From NCBI GenBank assembly GCA_964016885.1, contig OZ024741.1, positions 111,972,001 to 112,036,000 of the forward strand: a DNA stretch of 64,000 nucleotides, given 5' to 3'. Positions 1-12,060 of the stretch are shown piece after piece. Every line of letters starts with the position of its first letter. Positions within the stretch are counted from its first letter, which is position 1. The notes under the pieces are model-generated. The model did no database searches. It was not told the origin of the DNA and saw only the letters and a list, made by a program, of their open reading frames with translations. The translations under genes and the position numbers were made by a program. The DNA is from Eledone cirrhosa. Its lineage: Eukaryota.

Positions 1-96
1 ATACCTCCCACTAAATGCCATGATAGAAGCATCTGTCTTTACAACAAACTTTTGACCAATCCTTTTGACAATTACTATCTTCCCATATATAGAATT

Positions 97-284
97 ACCC
101 CCTGAGAAGTTCGGCTATTTATTTACGAGGCTAAAAATTCTTATTTAGTCCAGAATTAGCCGTCGAAACGGCTTGAGCTCTGCTGCCGGGGTCATACTTG
201 TTCCTATTACCCACTCTACTACCCTAAGTATTGAGTACTTTGGTGCGTTATGGTCCATCTGGTTCCTTACCACATTTCCTTCGT

Positions 285-285
<1 letters not shown>
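97..285 (+). mobile_element. Short dispersed repeat with a degenerate type I hammerhead-ribozyme fold (Penelope pLTR- or retrozyme-like)
   Basis: 148-285 is the reverse complement (diverged) of 61623-61760. Layout is ACCCC-CTGAGAA-stem II-GAAA-CGGC...GCTG-CC-GGGGT. It abuts a (TA)n tract. Confidence 0.55.
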
Positions 286-356
<71 letters not shown>

Positions 357-420
357 TGTATGTACATACACACACACACACACATATATATGTGTGTGTG
401 TGTTTGTATGCATATATGTA
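286..420. repeat. Compound (TA)n/(CA)n/(TG)n microsatellite
   Basis: Directly visible. Confidence 0.95.
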
Positions 421-916
421 ATTATATGCATAGCAGTAACACTAACAGTGGGAGTTCGGCTGTTCTTTCATGTTTACTTAGGTTGCTATTTTCTACTAAC
501 ATATTAGAGCAGTGTTGATGAAGACATACACGATATCTTTATATATAATAACCATACATGAGTCTCGCTATAAATGTTTTAAGTTGGTATCGTATCACAG
601 CTATCTATGTAGCCGTGTGAGAACACCAGCGACATGTTTCTTATTTTTATTCGTTTCGGTAACATTTATTCCCTCGAAACTGAGATAAGAATAACCTATA
701 ACTTACGTATATTTTTGTGCATGAAACATCTGCTGAAGATGATCATTTGAATATAGTGCGTGCTTGACAGGCGAGGATTAATTAGCAGTAACAGTAATAT
801 AGTGTGATTTATAACAGAGGTGTATATAGATGCATAAATATACGATATATCTTTAGGTAGTTGTTTCTGCTTTTGGCACAAGGCCAGCAATGGCCAGCAA
901 TTTGAAGGAGATTATA

Positions 917-1283
<367 letters not shown>

Positions 1284-1687
1284 ATTTTGATGAAGTCAGA
1301 TACTACATCAATCACTATTTGGAAAAAAAGTAACACACATTCACAAACATTCTTTTCATAAACAATGTTTTCAACAAAAGATTTAGAAACTACTTCTGTT
1401 TATTATATTTCGTTCATTTGTCTTTTTACATTTTCACGTAAATTCATATAGCATTTCTAAAAGCCCAAAATAAAACTACCATATTTGGCTCTTTATCTAT
1501 GAAACTATAAATACTCAGGGGAATATGTTTTGAATACAATGGGGTTTCAGTAATGAATATCATTTAAGAAAATTTCAAAAAGCAGATAATTATTTTTGAC
1601 AGCATATGTATATTTATGTATATAAGGTAAAAGTATTATCATGCAATGTCGAGGTTTATGTTTTCATTATCAATATATGTTATTAGT

Positions 1688-1842
1688 GTTGTTGTTGTTG
1701 TTGCTGTTGTTGCTACTGTTGTTGTTAAGATTAAGACATTATTATTATCATTGCACACAATGAACATATGACTGATGATGATAAAGATGATGATGATGAT
1801 GATGATGATAATGCGTGTATCACGATAACAATAATGATGATG

Positions 1843-1918
<76 letters not shown>
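1688..1918. repeat. (GTT)n, (GAT)n and (AAT)n trinucleotide tracts
   Basis: Directly visible. Confidence 0.95.
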
Positions 1919-1919
<1 letters not shown>

Positions 1920-2106
1920 TGTTTCTACGTTAATCACAAGGCCAGCAATTACCCAGTGTATTACTGGTACTTTATTTTATCGACCCCGTAAGAATGAAAG
2001 GCAAAGTTAACCTCGGCGGGATTTGAACTCAGAATGGTAAGGGACATAACTCTATGCGTCAAAGCATGGCGTCCGACCCTCTACCAATACTGCCAATCCA
2101 CCGCCC

Positions 2107-2108
<2 letters not shown>
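1919..2108 (-). mobile_element. tRNA-derived SINE (abundant family in this window)
   Basis: Minus strand reads B-box-like GAGTTCAAATCCC, then the TTGCCTTTCAT...GGGGTCGATAAAATAAAGTACCAG core shared with copies at ~34.2, 37.5, 51.3 and 61.1 kb. Flanked by (AAT)n. Confidence 0.8.
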
Positions 2109-2171
<63 letters not shown>

Positions 2172-2174
<3 letters not shown>

Positions 2175-2561
2175 CCTGACCTGGTGGTTGTGGACAAAGA
2201 AAAAAGATCGTGTCTTATTGTGGATGTGGCCTGCCCATTCGACACGAGAGTGCAAGAGAAGGAGAGGGAGAAAATTAACCGATACGAGGACTTAAAGTGG
2301 GAGGTAAAAAGGATTTGGAACTGCCATGAAGTCAAGGGATCCCGATTGTCATAGGCGCACTGGGGACTATCTCTAAAAGTTTCCAGGGATGGTTAAAGAA
2401 AATCGGCCCCTTCACGCTTTTTGGAACGCTTCAAAAGGCATGCTTTCTGGGAACAGCAAGAACCCTCCGATACGTCCTGAATATCTGAGGCTGCAGGTAA
2501 TGGCTTGATATTCATTCCAACGGACTTTCCAGTTAACTAACATCAATGATTGAGATTCAAG

Positions 2562-2562
<1 letters not shown>
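2172..2562 (+). mobile_element. R4/Dong-type LINE family B, 3' fragment (RLE end + 3'UTR)
   Basis: PDLVVVDKEKRSCLIVDVACP..K..RY RLE motif. (AAT)n on both sides (2109-2171, 2563-2652). Confidence 0.9.
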
Positions 2563-2653
<91 letters not shown>

Positions 2654-3129
2654 TATTATTAGAAGGGAAGAAGACGCACGTGGTGGTAGAAGGTCATGAA
2701 ATCGCTCCCGTAAGTTTTTGATTTTTAACATATTTAAATCAATTGTGAAATAACAATTCTTTGTACAAATGATGCATAAACCACCGAATCAAGTCTCATA
2801 AAATTTCGGATCCATAATATATTGTTATATCGCTCAAATATTCAATTTTGTATTATATATTTTATATTCAAAAAAGAAAATGGTTATAAATGGAAGAAAA
2901 CCCCCCTCTATCTACACTATATAGAACAGCCAAATAACAGCAATTTCACCAACACCAGAAACTTGATACACCACCTACCCCATCACCCCCGCTGTGTACA
3001 CTAAATATAACAGCCAGATAACGGCAATTTCACCACCACCACCACCAATCCCAGCATCATAATAATAATTACTATTATTATTGTCTCAAGTTTTAACAAA
3101 ATGTTTAATTCCAATATTACGGGAATATG

Positions 3130-3270
3130 TCAACACATATATTAAACATACGCGACACAAACGCATAGATACTACAGATCAAACAAAACTAGTCTATTCA
3201 ACACATATATTAAACATACGCGACACAAACGCATAGATACTACATATAAAAAAAACTAGTCCATTCAACA
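3130..3270. repeat. ~68-bp direct tandem duplication
   Basis: TCAACACATATATTAAACATACGCGACACAAACGCATAGATACTACA at 3130 and 3198. Confidence 0.85.
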
Positions 3271-3724
3271 AAACTCAGTAACGACAACGCCACCGCCGCC
3301 ACCACTCCATCCATCATTGCTACCACTATCCCATCACCGCCGCCACCGCTCCTTCATTGCTACCACCACTATTCCCCTGTTAACTAAAGAAAGGGGAAGG
3401 TGGCGGTATCACTAGACAAGGGAGAGGCTAGCAAAATATATAAATAGATTGACTTAGTGACCCGGCCACCGGCCAAACGTCAACAACTATGGCACTGCTG
3501 GCTCACCCCTTCCTCACCAACAATATAAAAAGCCCCAGCACCACCACCGACATAGCCAACAGCAATAACAGGCAACTTCAGCAAAAAGTATATTATATTA
3601 TTGTAATGCACTGGGTGATTGCTGGCCTTGTGCCTGGAGTGGAGACAATTATTAATAATTTCATTCTTAAGCCACGCAATGCTCACATTAAGGAACCACT
3701 CATGATAATAACAATTTAAAAAAA

Positions 3725-6700
3725 CAACAAAAAAGAAAACCCCGTGACCAAGAAATACCGGGATGGCGGCCGGCGGGGAATAGCCGTGTCTCTAGGGGAG
3801 AACGACCCCTCTAGTCTTGGTTGACACTCGTTCTAGAAGTGGTAACACGAAATGATTACCCCTTGGCGGATAAGGATAAAACGCGACAAAATAAAGTAAA
3901 CGTCTAATGATAAAATCTCATACCGGATCGGCCGTCACCCGGGTAAAAAAGGGCCGCGTCCCTCAGAGAGGAACCAGACTGGGGTCGAAAAATCAGCTAA
4001 TGGTTCAGACCTTCCCATCACTTCGGAGCTGGAGACCTCCCATAACCGGAATACTCCTACTGTTGGCCCTCCATGCTCACCACCAAGAAATCCAAAGAAA
4101 AAGAGAGAAAAATGATCAAGGGAAGATAATAAAGAAGTCCTTGAGGCTTTCTACACCGCCATGTACTACCCATCAAATACATCGAATACAGAACAGACAT
4201 ATATCAACTGGAAAAAGAAACATCCCGAAAACAGAGGCTATATTGACAGTAACAAACTAGCCAATATACGAAGAAATATTGTAAAAAAAAAGTTATTAAC
4301 TGATATAGAAATTGATCAGATCAAGCTATTAGCACAAAGTCAGCGAAGGAAAAATGAAACATGTGTCAGTGAAAACGAGGTAAATTGTAACACTTCGAAT
4401 CCCAGGGTTGGGGCGGAATCACTGGCAACAGAACAAATTAAAGAAAGGATCGAAAAAGTGGAGGGAGTGCATGCTCAAGATGAAACTCCAAATGAAAATA
4501 ATGAGACCGTAAATGATAAAGAAATGAATGAGAATGAACTTGCCAACTTGAAGGATGAAATTATGATCGAATTAATGAAAATGAAAGAATCTGACATGGG
4601 GAAACGAGACACCCTCCCTAAGATCCAGAACTCCAAACAGAACCAAAAGATAATACACAAGACTAACATAATTCTCAAAAACATTATCATCACAAACAAA
4701 CTAAACATTACTGATTTAAATCATCTCTATTATGCATCGGCTAAAGTCACCACTCACTTATGTGGAGTGAAGATGAAAAAACAAAGGAATTCCCACAAGA
4801 AATCTACTTGGCAAGAGAACATCAATCGTCAAATAAACCTTCTCCGATCTGACATAGAAATTTTAACAAACTATAAAGTAGGTGGACATGTTAAACAAAC
4901 TAAACTTAGAAAATTGAAAAGAAAGTACAGTATAAAATCAACAAGTGACACAGACATGCTGATAGAAATAATCAAGCAAAAGGTGTCGGCCAAAGCTGCT
5001 CGTATAAGGCGCTTTGAAAAACGATCTAGATTCTATAAGGACAATAATATGTTCAAAAACAACCAAAGAAACTTCTACAGAAAAATTGGTAAGTCAACAA
5101 TAACTGCTAAATCAATACCACCCAAGGAGGAAGTGCAAGAATTCTGGGAAAAGATCTGGGCCGAAGAAAAAGTTCATAACATACATGCCCCATGGATAGA
5201 CAGACAAATGAAAGATACAGCTCACCTTGAAGAACAAATATGGGTAAATATAACAGTTGAACAGTTGCGCTTGACTCTAAGAAAAACCAGCAAATGGAAA
5301 TCCCCAGGAAAAGACAAAATACAAAATTTTTGGATAAATGCCTTCCCAGAGTCTCATGAATAGTTAACGGCATTACATTCCTGCTTCCGAAGAATGATGA
5401 GACAAACAATCCCAAAAATTACAGACCGATAACTTGCTTGACCACAATGTATAACATTTTAACATCAGTCCTAACTGAATATACATATGATCACCTGATA
5501 ACAAATGATCTATTTCCCATTGAGCAGAAAGGGTGTAAACAAGGCTCATATGGCTGTAAGGATCAACTTTTGGTTAACAAAATGATACTGGAAGATTGTC
5601 ATAATAGACACAAAAATCTATCAATTGCTTGGATAGATTATAAAAAGCATTCGATAGTTTGCCACACAGTTGGATTGAAAAATGTTTAGAGATTTTCAAA
5701 ATATCCCCCGTTGTCAGGGGGTTTTTGTCATTCAGTATGAAGACATGGAAAACGACACTCCTTTTGAATATTGAAACAAAATCACTGGAAGCTGGAGAAG
5801 TTAATATTAATTGTGGAATTTTTCAGGGTGACTCTTTATCACCGCTTTTATTCTGCATCGCGCTTATACCATTAAGTAAAATGCTCAATGAAACAAAACA
5901 TGGATATAAAGTCTATGACAAAACCATTAATCACCTGTTCTACATGAATGACCTGAAACTATTTGCAAAAAAATGATGAACAATTGCAAGGGCTATTATC
6001 CACTGTGGAGCAGTTCAGTGATGACATTAAAATGGAGTTTGGACTAGATAAATGCGCCAAAGCAACGTTCACCAGAGGAAAGCTGCTGAAGAGTTCAGAC
6101 ATTAATCTTGATAAGAGAACTTGATCAAGAAAAAACTTACAAATATCTAGGTGTTTGTGAAGGAGACGGAATCAAGCACTCGACAATGAGGGAAAGGATA
6201 AGGAAGGAATGTTACCGCAGAATAAGAGCAATCTTAAGAACGGAATTGAATGCAAGGAATAGGATCGATGCCATAAACACGCTTGCCATACCAGTAGTAA
6301 CCTACAGTTAAAATGTCATCAACTGGTCAAGCACAGAGATCCGGAGGCTCGATACAAAAATTCGAAAATTCTTAACCATGCACAGAATGCATCACCCTAA
6401 GGCAGATACAGATAGAATATATCTCCCTAGGAAAGAAGGAGGACGTGGGTTAGTCCAGTTAGACATTGCGTTGAAAACTGCAACAATTGGATTATCTACA
6501 TATCTAAGGGAATCACATGATTGGATGATCAAACTCGTTTTGAAACACGAAAGCATCAAAAGATCATATTCCATTACAAAAGATGCACAAAGATACAGTA
6601 ATGGACTACAAATTTCAGAAGTCCCATTTACTGCTGAAATGGAAAACACAGAAAAAGCAAAGCAGGTAAAAGTAACTGCAAAGAAAGAACTGCTACAGAA

Positions 6701-7621
6701 ACTGGCTAAGAAATGGCAAGAAAAGCCTCTGTATGGAAAATACCCAGAACGAGCTAACAATCCTGATGTTGACGAAACTTTAACCCATCAGTGGTTGGCA
6801 TCCTCTGGACTGAAATCGGAGACTGAAGGACTGATTATATCAGCACAAGATCAGTGTCTGCCAACAAAAAATTACCAAGCCAACATAATAAAAAATGGAT
6901 GCAGCCCATTATGCCGTGTTTGCAAAAAACAACCAGAGACCATTGACCATATAATTTCAATGTGCAGTCCTATAGCTCCAACCGAATACCTAAACAGGCA
7001 TGACAGAGCTGCACAATACATACATTGGATAATGTGTAAGCATTTTGACCTGCCCCATCAAAAGAATTGGTGGGAGCATCAACCACCTCCCATACTTGAA
7101 AAAGATCACATCTCAATCTTGTGGAACTTTAGCATCCAAACAGATCGAAAAATAGATGCAAATAGACCTGATATAATATTGAAGGACTTTAAAAAGAGGG
7201 TATGCCTGCTAATTGATATGTCCGTTCCAATAGACAAGAATGTATCTATAAAAACATTTGAAAAATTGAGCAAGTATAAGGACCTGGAGATAGAAATTGG
7301 AAAAATCTGGAAATTGAGAACTAAAACAATACCAGTGGTTGTAGGCGCTCTGGGAATGATACCTAAGGGGTCTAATGATTACTTATCGCAAATCCCAGGA
7401 AACCCGCGTATAGGAGAAATACAAAAAATAGTACTAATGGGAACTGCCCATATACTAAGGAAGATTCTGTCAATATAAGTACATCACAAGTCTAAACACT
7501 AAAGATGCATGTGTGAGAATGTATGTTCTTTCTTGAACATGGCGGACCTTGTTGTCTCTTGGGGTCACTGGTTGTTACTTGGTGATAACTCGTATGAACA
7601 TAAAGCAAGATAAATGCAACT

Positions 7622-7623
<2 letters not shown>
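3725..7623 (+). mobile_element. Near full-length R4/Dong-clade non-LTR retrotransposon, family A (defective)
   Basis: GC-rich leader, one broken ORF (RT + CCHC + RLE), 3'UTR ending in (AAT)n at 7624-7650. The 5' boundary is approximate. Confidence 0.9.
3907..7478 (+). pseudogene. Disrupted RT / zinc-knuckle / restriction-like endonuclease polyprotein
   Basis: Motifs KWKSPGKDKI, NYRPITCL, WIDYKK, GIFQGDSLSPLLF, YMND (YMDD mutated), YKYLG, GGRGL, CRVC..ETIDHIISMC, RHD, RPDII..IDMSVP..KY. Several stops and frameshifts, and an apparent deletion near 5365. Confidence 0.92.
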
Positions 7624-7650
<27 letters not shown>

Positions 7651-7655
<5 letters not shown>

Positions 7656-8481
7656 TCCCTTCATAGTACCTTCTTTGAAAAAACTGAATTTAGAGATCCA
7701 CAGACATGGAACTGGTCGAAAAGAGGAGACCTTAAAAAGGCTACAGAAAGAATGCTAATGGCTGCGCACGAGCAGGCCCTCAAAACGAAGTGGGTCAAAC
7801 ACCATATTTACAAGGAGGAGGCTAGCCCACTGTGTAGGATCTGTGGAGAGAGAGAGGAGACTGTGGCTCACATTGTATCCGAGTGTAAACACCTAGCCCA
7901 GACTCGCTATAAAGGCTGGAGACATGATGTGATAGGCAGGGTGATCCACTGGCACCTATGCAAAGTAAACAATTTACCACATTCTGAGAAGTGGTATGAG
8001 CATAAGCCAGAGTCGGTGATAGAAAACGATCAGGTGAAGGTGCTGTGGGATTTTAGGATATAGACGGACAAGAAACTGCAACACAATAGACCTGACCTGG
8101 TGGTTTTGGTCAAGGAAAAAAGATCGTGCCTGATTGTGGATGTGGTCTGCCCATTGGACACGAGAGTGCAAGAGAAGGAGAGGGAGAAAATTAACCGATA
8201 CCAGGACTTAAAGTGGGAGGTAAAAAGGATTTGGAACTGCCATGAAGTCAAAGTGGTCCCGATTGTCATAGGTGCACTAGGTACTATCTCAAAGAGTTTC
8301 CAAGGATCGTTAAAGAAAATTAGTTCACACCCGCTTTTTGGAACACTTCAAAAAGCATGCTTGCTGGGAACAGCAAGAACCCTCCGATACGTCCAGAATA
8401 TCTGAGGCTGCAGGTAGTGGCTTGATATTCATTTCAATAACCTTTCCAGTTAAATAACATAAATGACTGAGACTCAAAGAA
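7651..8481 (+). mobile_element. R4/Dong-type family B, 5'-truncated copy
   Basis: CRICGEREETVAHIVSEC, RHD, RPDL..VDV.CP, with a stop and a frameshift. Starts immediately after (AAT)n. Confidence 0.9.
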
Positions 8482-9819
8482 AGAACATACATACTCACAC
8501 ATGCATCTTTAGTGTTTAGACTTGTGATGTACTTATATTGACAGAATCTTCCTTAGTATATGGGCAGTTCCCATTAGTACTATCTTTTGTATTTCTCCTA
8601 TATGCGAGTTTCCTGGGATTTGCGATAAGTAATCATTAGACCCCTTAGGTATCATTCCCAGAGTACCTACAACCACTGGTATTGTTTTAGTTCTCAATTT
8701 CCACATTTTTCCAATTTCTATCTCCAGGTCCTTATACTTGCTCAATTTTTCAAATGTTTTTATAGATACATTCTTGTCTATTGGAACAGACATATCAATT
8801 AGCAGGCATACCCTCTTTTTAAAGTCCTTCAATATTATATCAGGTCTATTTGCATCTATTTTTCGGTCTGTTTGGATGCTAAAGTTCCACAAGATTGAGA
8901 TGTGATCTTTTTCAAGTATGGGAGGTGGTTGATGCTCCCACCAATTCTTTTGATGAGGCAGGTCAAAATGCTTACACATTATCCAATGTATGTATTGTGC
9001 AGCTCTGTCATGCCTGTTTAGGTATTCGGTTGGAGCTATAGGACTGCACATTGAAATTATATGGTCAATGGTCTCTGGTTGTTTTTTGCATACACGGCAT
9101 AATGGGCTGCATCCATTTTTTATTATGTTGGCTTGGTAATTTTTTGTTGGCAGACACTGATCTTGTGCTGATATAATCAGTCCTTCAGTCTCCGATTTCA
9201 GTCCAGAGGATGCCAACCACTGATGGGTTAAAGTTTCGTCAACATCAGGATTGTTAGCTCGTTCTGGGTATTTTCCATACAGAGGCTTTTCTTGCCATTT
9301 CTTAGCCAGTTTCTGTAGCAGTTCTTTCTTTGCAGTTACTTTTACCTGCTTTGCTTTTTCTGTGTTTTTCATTTCAGCAGTAAATGGGACTTCTGAAATT
9401 TGTAGTCCATTACTGTATCTTTGTGCATCTTTTGTAATGGAATATGATCTTTTGATGCTTTCGTGTTTCAAAACGAGTTTGATCATCCAATCATGTGATT
9501 CCCTTAGATATGTAGATAATCCAATTGTTGCAGTTTTCAACGCAATGTCTAACTGGACTAACCCACGTCCTCCTTCTTTCCTAGGGAGATATATTCTATC
9601 TATATCTGCCTTAGGGTGATGCATTCTGTGCATGGTTAAGAATTTTCGAATTTTTGTATCGAGCCTACGGATCTCTGTGCTTGACCAGTTGATGACATTT
9701 TAACTGTAGGTTACTACTGGTATGGCAAGCGTGTTTATGGCATCAATCCTATTCCTTGCATTCAATTCCGTTCTTAAGATTGCTCTTACTCTGCGGTAAC
9801 ATTCCTTCCTTATCCTTCC

Positions 9820-9820
<1 letters not shown>
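8482..9820 (-). mobile_element. R4/Dong-type family A, 5'-truncated inverted copy
   Basis: The 366-aa ORF 8533-9633 differs from 6378-7478 at about 6 residues. The 5' end abuts (ATT)n 9821-9851 and the 3'UTR is clipped. Confidence 0.93.
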
Positions 9821-9851
<31 letters not shown>

Positions 9852-10060
9852 GGCGACCTACGTAGGAAATCGTATTATCGTGAGCTCCGCAAAGGTTTGT
9901 TATTTCCGTTTGTTTAAAAATTGCCATTTATGGAAAATTTTATTGTAAACTGTTTATAAGCACACATACATTGTTTTCCGAAAAGGACACCCAAAAAGAT
10001 TGGGGCCTTGTGCCCAAAATTTTAACTTTTATTATTATCCAAAATTTTCTTTGAAAAAAA

Positions 10061-12026
10061 ATGGCTAATTCCCCTCTGCACGAAGCAGCTGAAAGCCTTC
10101 CTCACAAAATAACACCTCACACCGACACCACCATTGTAAATGTTACTACGTTTGCCAACACAAAAAAAAATATAAGCAGTAGCAATATTTTAAATTTGTC
10201 TCAGGCAGACATTCATTTCCCGCCATTACCAACGACTGCAGGTGTTAAACCCTCCACCACCACCACCACCGCGACAACAGAAACAAAAGAAGAAAAAAAT
10301 AAATTAACTCGTGACGTCGAAATGAAATCAAGCAAAATGGACTCTTCCCCACCAAAGACGACTGACGTCACCACCACCACAACTGAAAATAAAATTAATA
10401 TTAACGATAGCAACAACAACAACAATGACATTATAAAACCGACCCTCAGTTTCGCCATCGTAGCAAAACAATTCGAAGCGTTCACGGTAACTCAAGAAGA
10501 TTTAGAAAATGCCAAACAAATGGTAAAGAAAGATGGGTACAGGGTCAGCCTCACCCCCCCCCCCCCACCTAATAAAATGGAACATCGGCGCCTGTGCACC
10601 GTGTCGTATAGAACAATAAATGTAAAATCGCGCCGAGTGGAACGGGCATCCGAGTCCCAAATCCAAAAAGCTTTGGGACATGTGTGGGCAAGAAAAACCC
10701 ACATCAGACGTGGGCAAAAGTATGGAACCGTGGATGTGTTCTTTGAAACACCAGAGGAGGCTAGAGAACACTCTATGGCCCCATTAAAAAGTGACGACCT
10801 CACACTCGTCCCAAGCTATTGTGGCCAGAGACTCGTAAAGATCAGGGTGACCCACGTTCCACCGGCCATCGAAATTCCCTGGCTAATAGCGGCTGTCCTC
10901 GCCGGCATCGAAGCCAACACGAAAATAATAGCAGTAGCAAAAGAAAAGCAGGAAAACTGGTCCGGATCTGGGATGGAGCTCCTGATCCAAGCGGACCAAA
11001 AAAGCATTGAGGAGATCCCAGAGGTAATAGACCTCAACGACGGCAGCCACCTCACGGTAATTGTCGAGGGCAGAAGACCTAGGTGTGTCGTTTGTGGTGA
11101 AGGAACCCACCTAAGGGCTTTCTGCCCTCAGGCTAAAAGGTTGAGGCCACCTCTCCTACCCACCCCAGTGACACAACCATCAACACCACCAGTAGCAGAG
11201 ATGGCAGCAACAACTGTAGCAGCAACAACAGAAGCAACTATAACAGCAACAACCCCAGCAACAGTAGCAAAACCAACACCACTACCACCACCAGCAAAAC
11301 CAACACCACCACCACCCAACGCTTCAGAACTAGCACCAGCGCCTACACCATCCACCACACCACAACCAAAACTAACGGCTGTGGAGGATTTTCCACTCCC
11401 CGGCCTATCACAACTGGAGACAGATTGTGACGACGAGGTGTGGGAAACGATATCCGGAAAAAAAAAAAGAAACCAAAAAAGAAAAAATTCTCTTCCTTCC
11501 CCCTCCAAAAACAAAATACAGAGGGAAACAAATAAACTAAGAAACAAAAAAGTTAGGACAGATATGCCACCATCCACACCAGCATCACCAACCCCATCAA
11601 CCCAAACACCAACACCATCACCATCATTAACTCCAACGCCACCATCACCTACACCACAAAAGTCACCAAAATGCGAAATAGAAACAAACCCACAACAAAC
11701 GCAAACAAAACAAAACAAAACAAAACGATACACACTACACAGCATTAAATTTGAACAACAAGCAATTATTACACTACATCCAACACAACACCAGCATCAC
11801 AGAAAAAGACTACACAACAACCCCAAAATTCACACCACCTCCACACATACAAATCACTCGCATCACACAGAAAACGTACATGACACTAAAACAAAAATTC
11901 CCCAAAGACATCGGAGACTTCCGACAAGCACTCTCCAGGAGGATTTATAAGGACATCCTTCCTGAGGAGGCCACAAGCAGTGAAAAGGATGGAAAAGCCG
12001 TCCTTCCCCTACGAGAAGTAAGGTAA
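10061..12026 (+). pseudogene. E1 ORF1 (gag-like, CCHC knuckle), frameshifted near 11700-11750
   Basis: CVVCGEGTHLRAFC knuckle. The C-terminal region homologous to E2/E3 ORF1 lies in another frame (11751-12026). The shift falls in or near a (CAAAA)n run, so it is slippage or a sequencing error. Confidence 0.8.
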
Positions 12027-12060
12027 GTGGTCTTTCCCATCTTTTCCACTCCTTTTCAAC

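Noticed and set aside
2005-2108. tRNA genes at GTTCAAATCC / GTTCGAA motifs
   Set aside because: These are SINE heads with no complete cloverleaf
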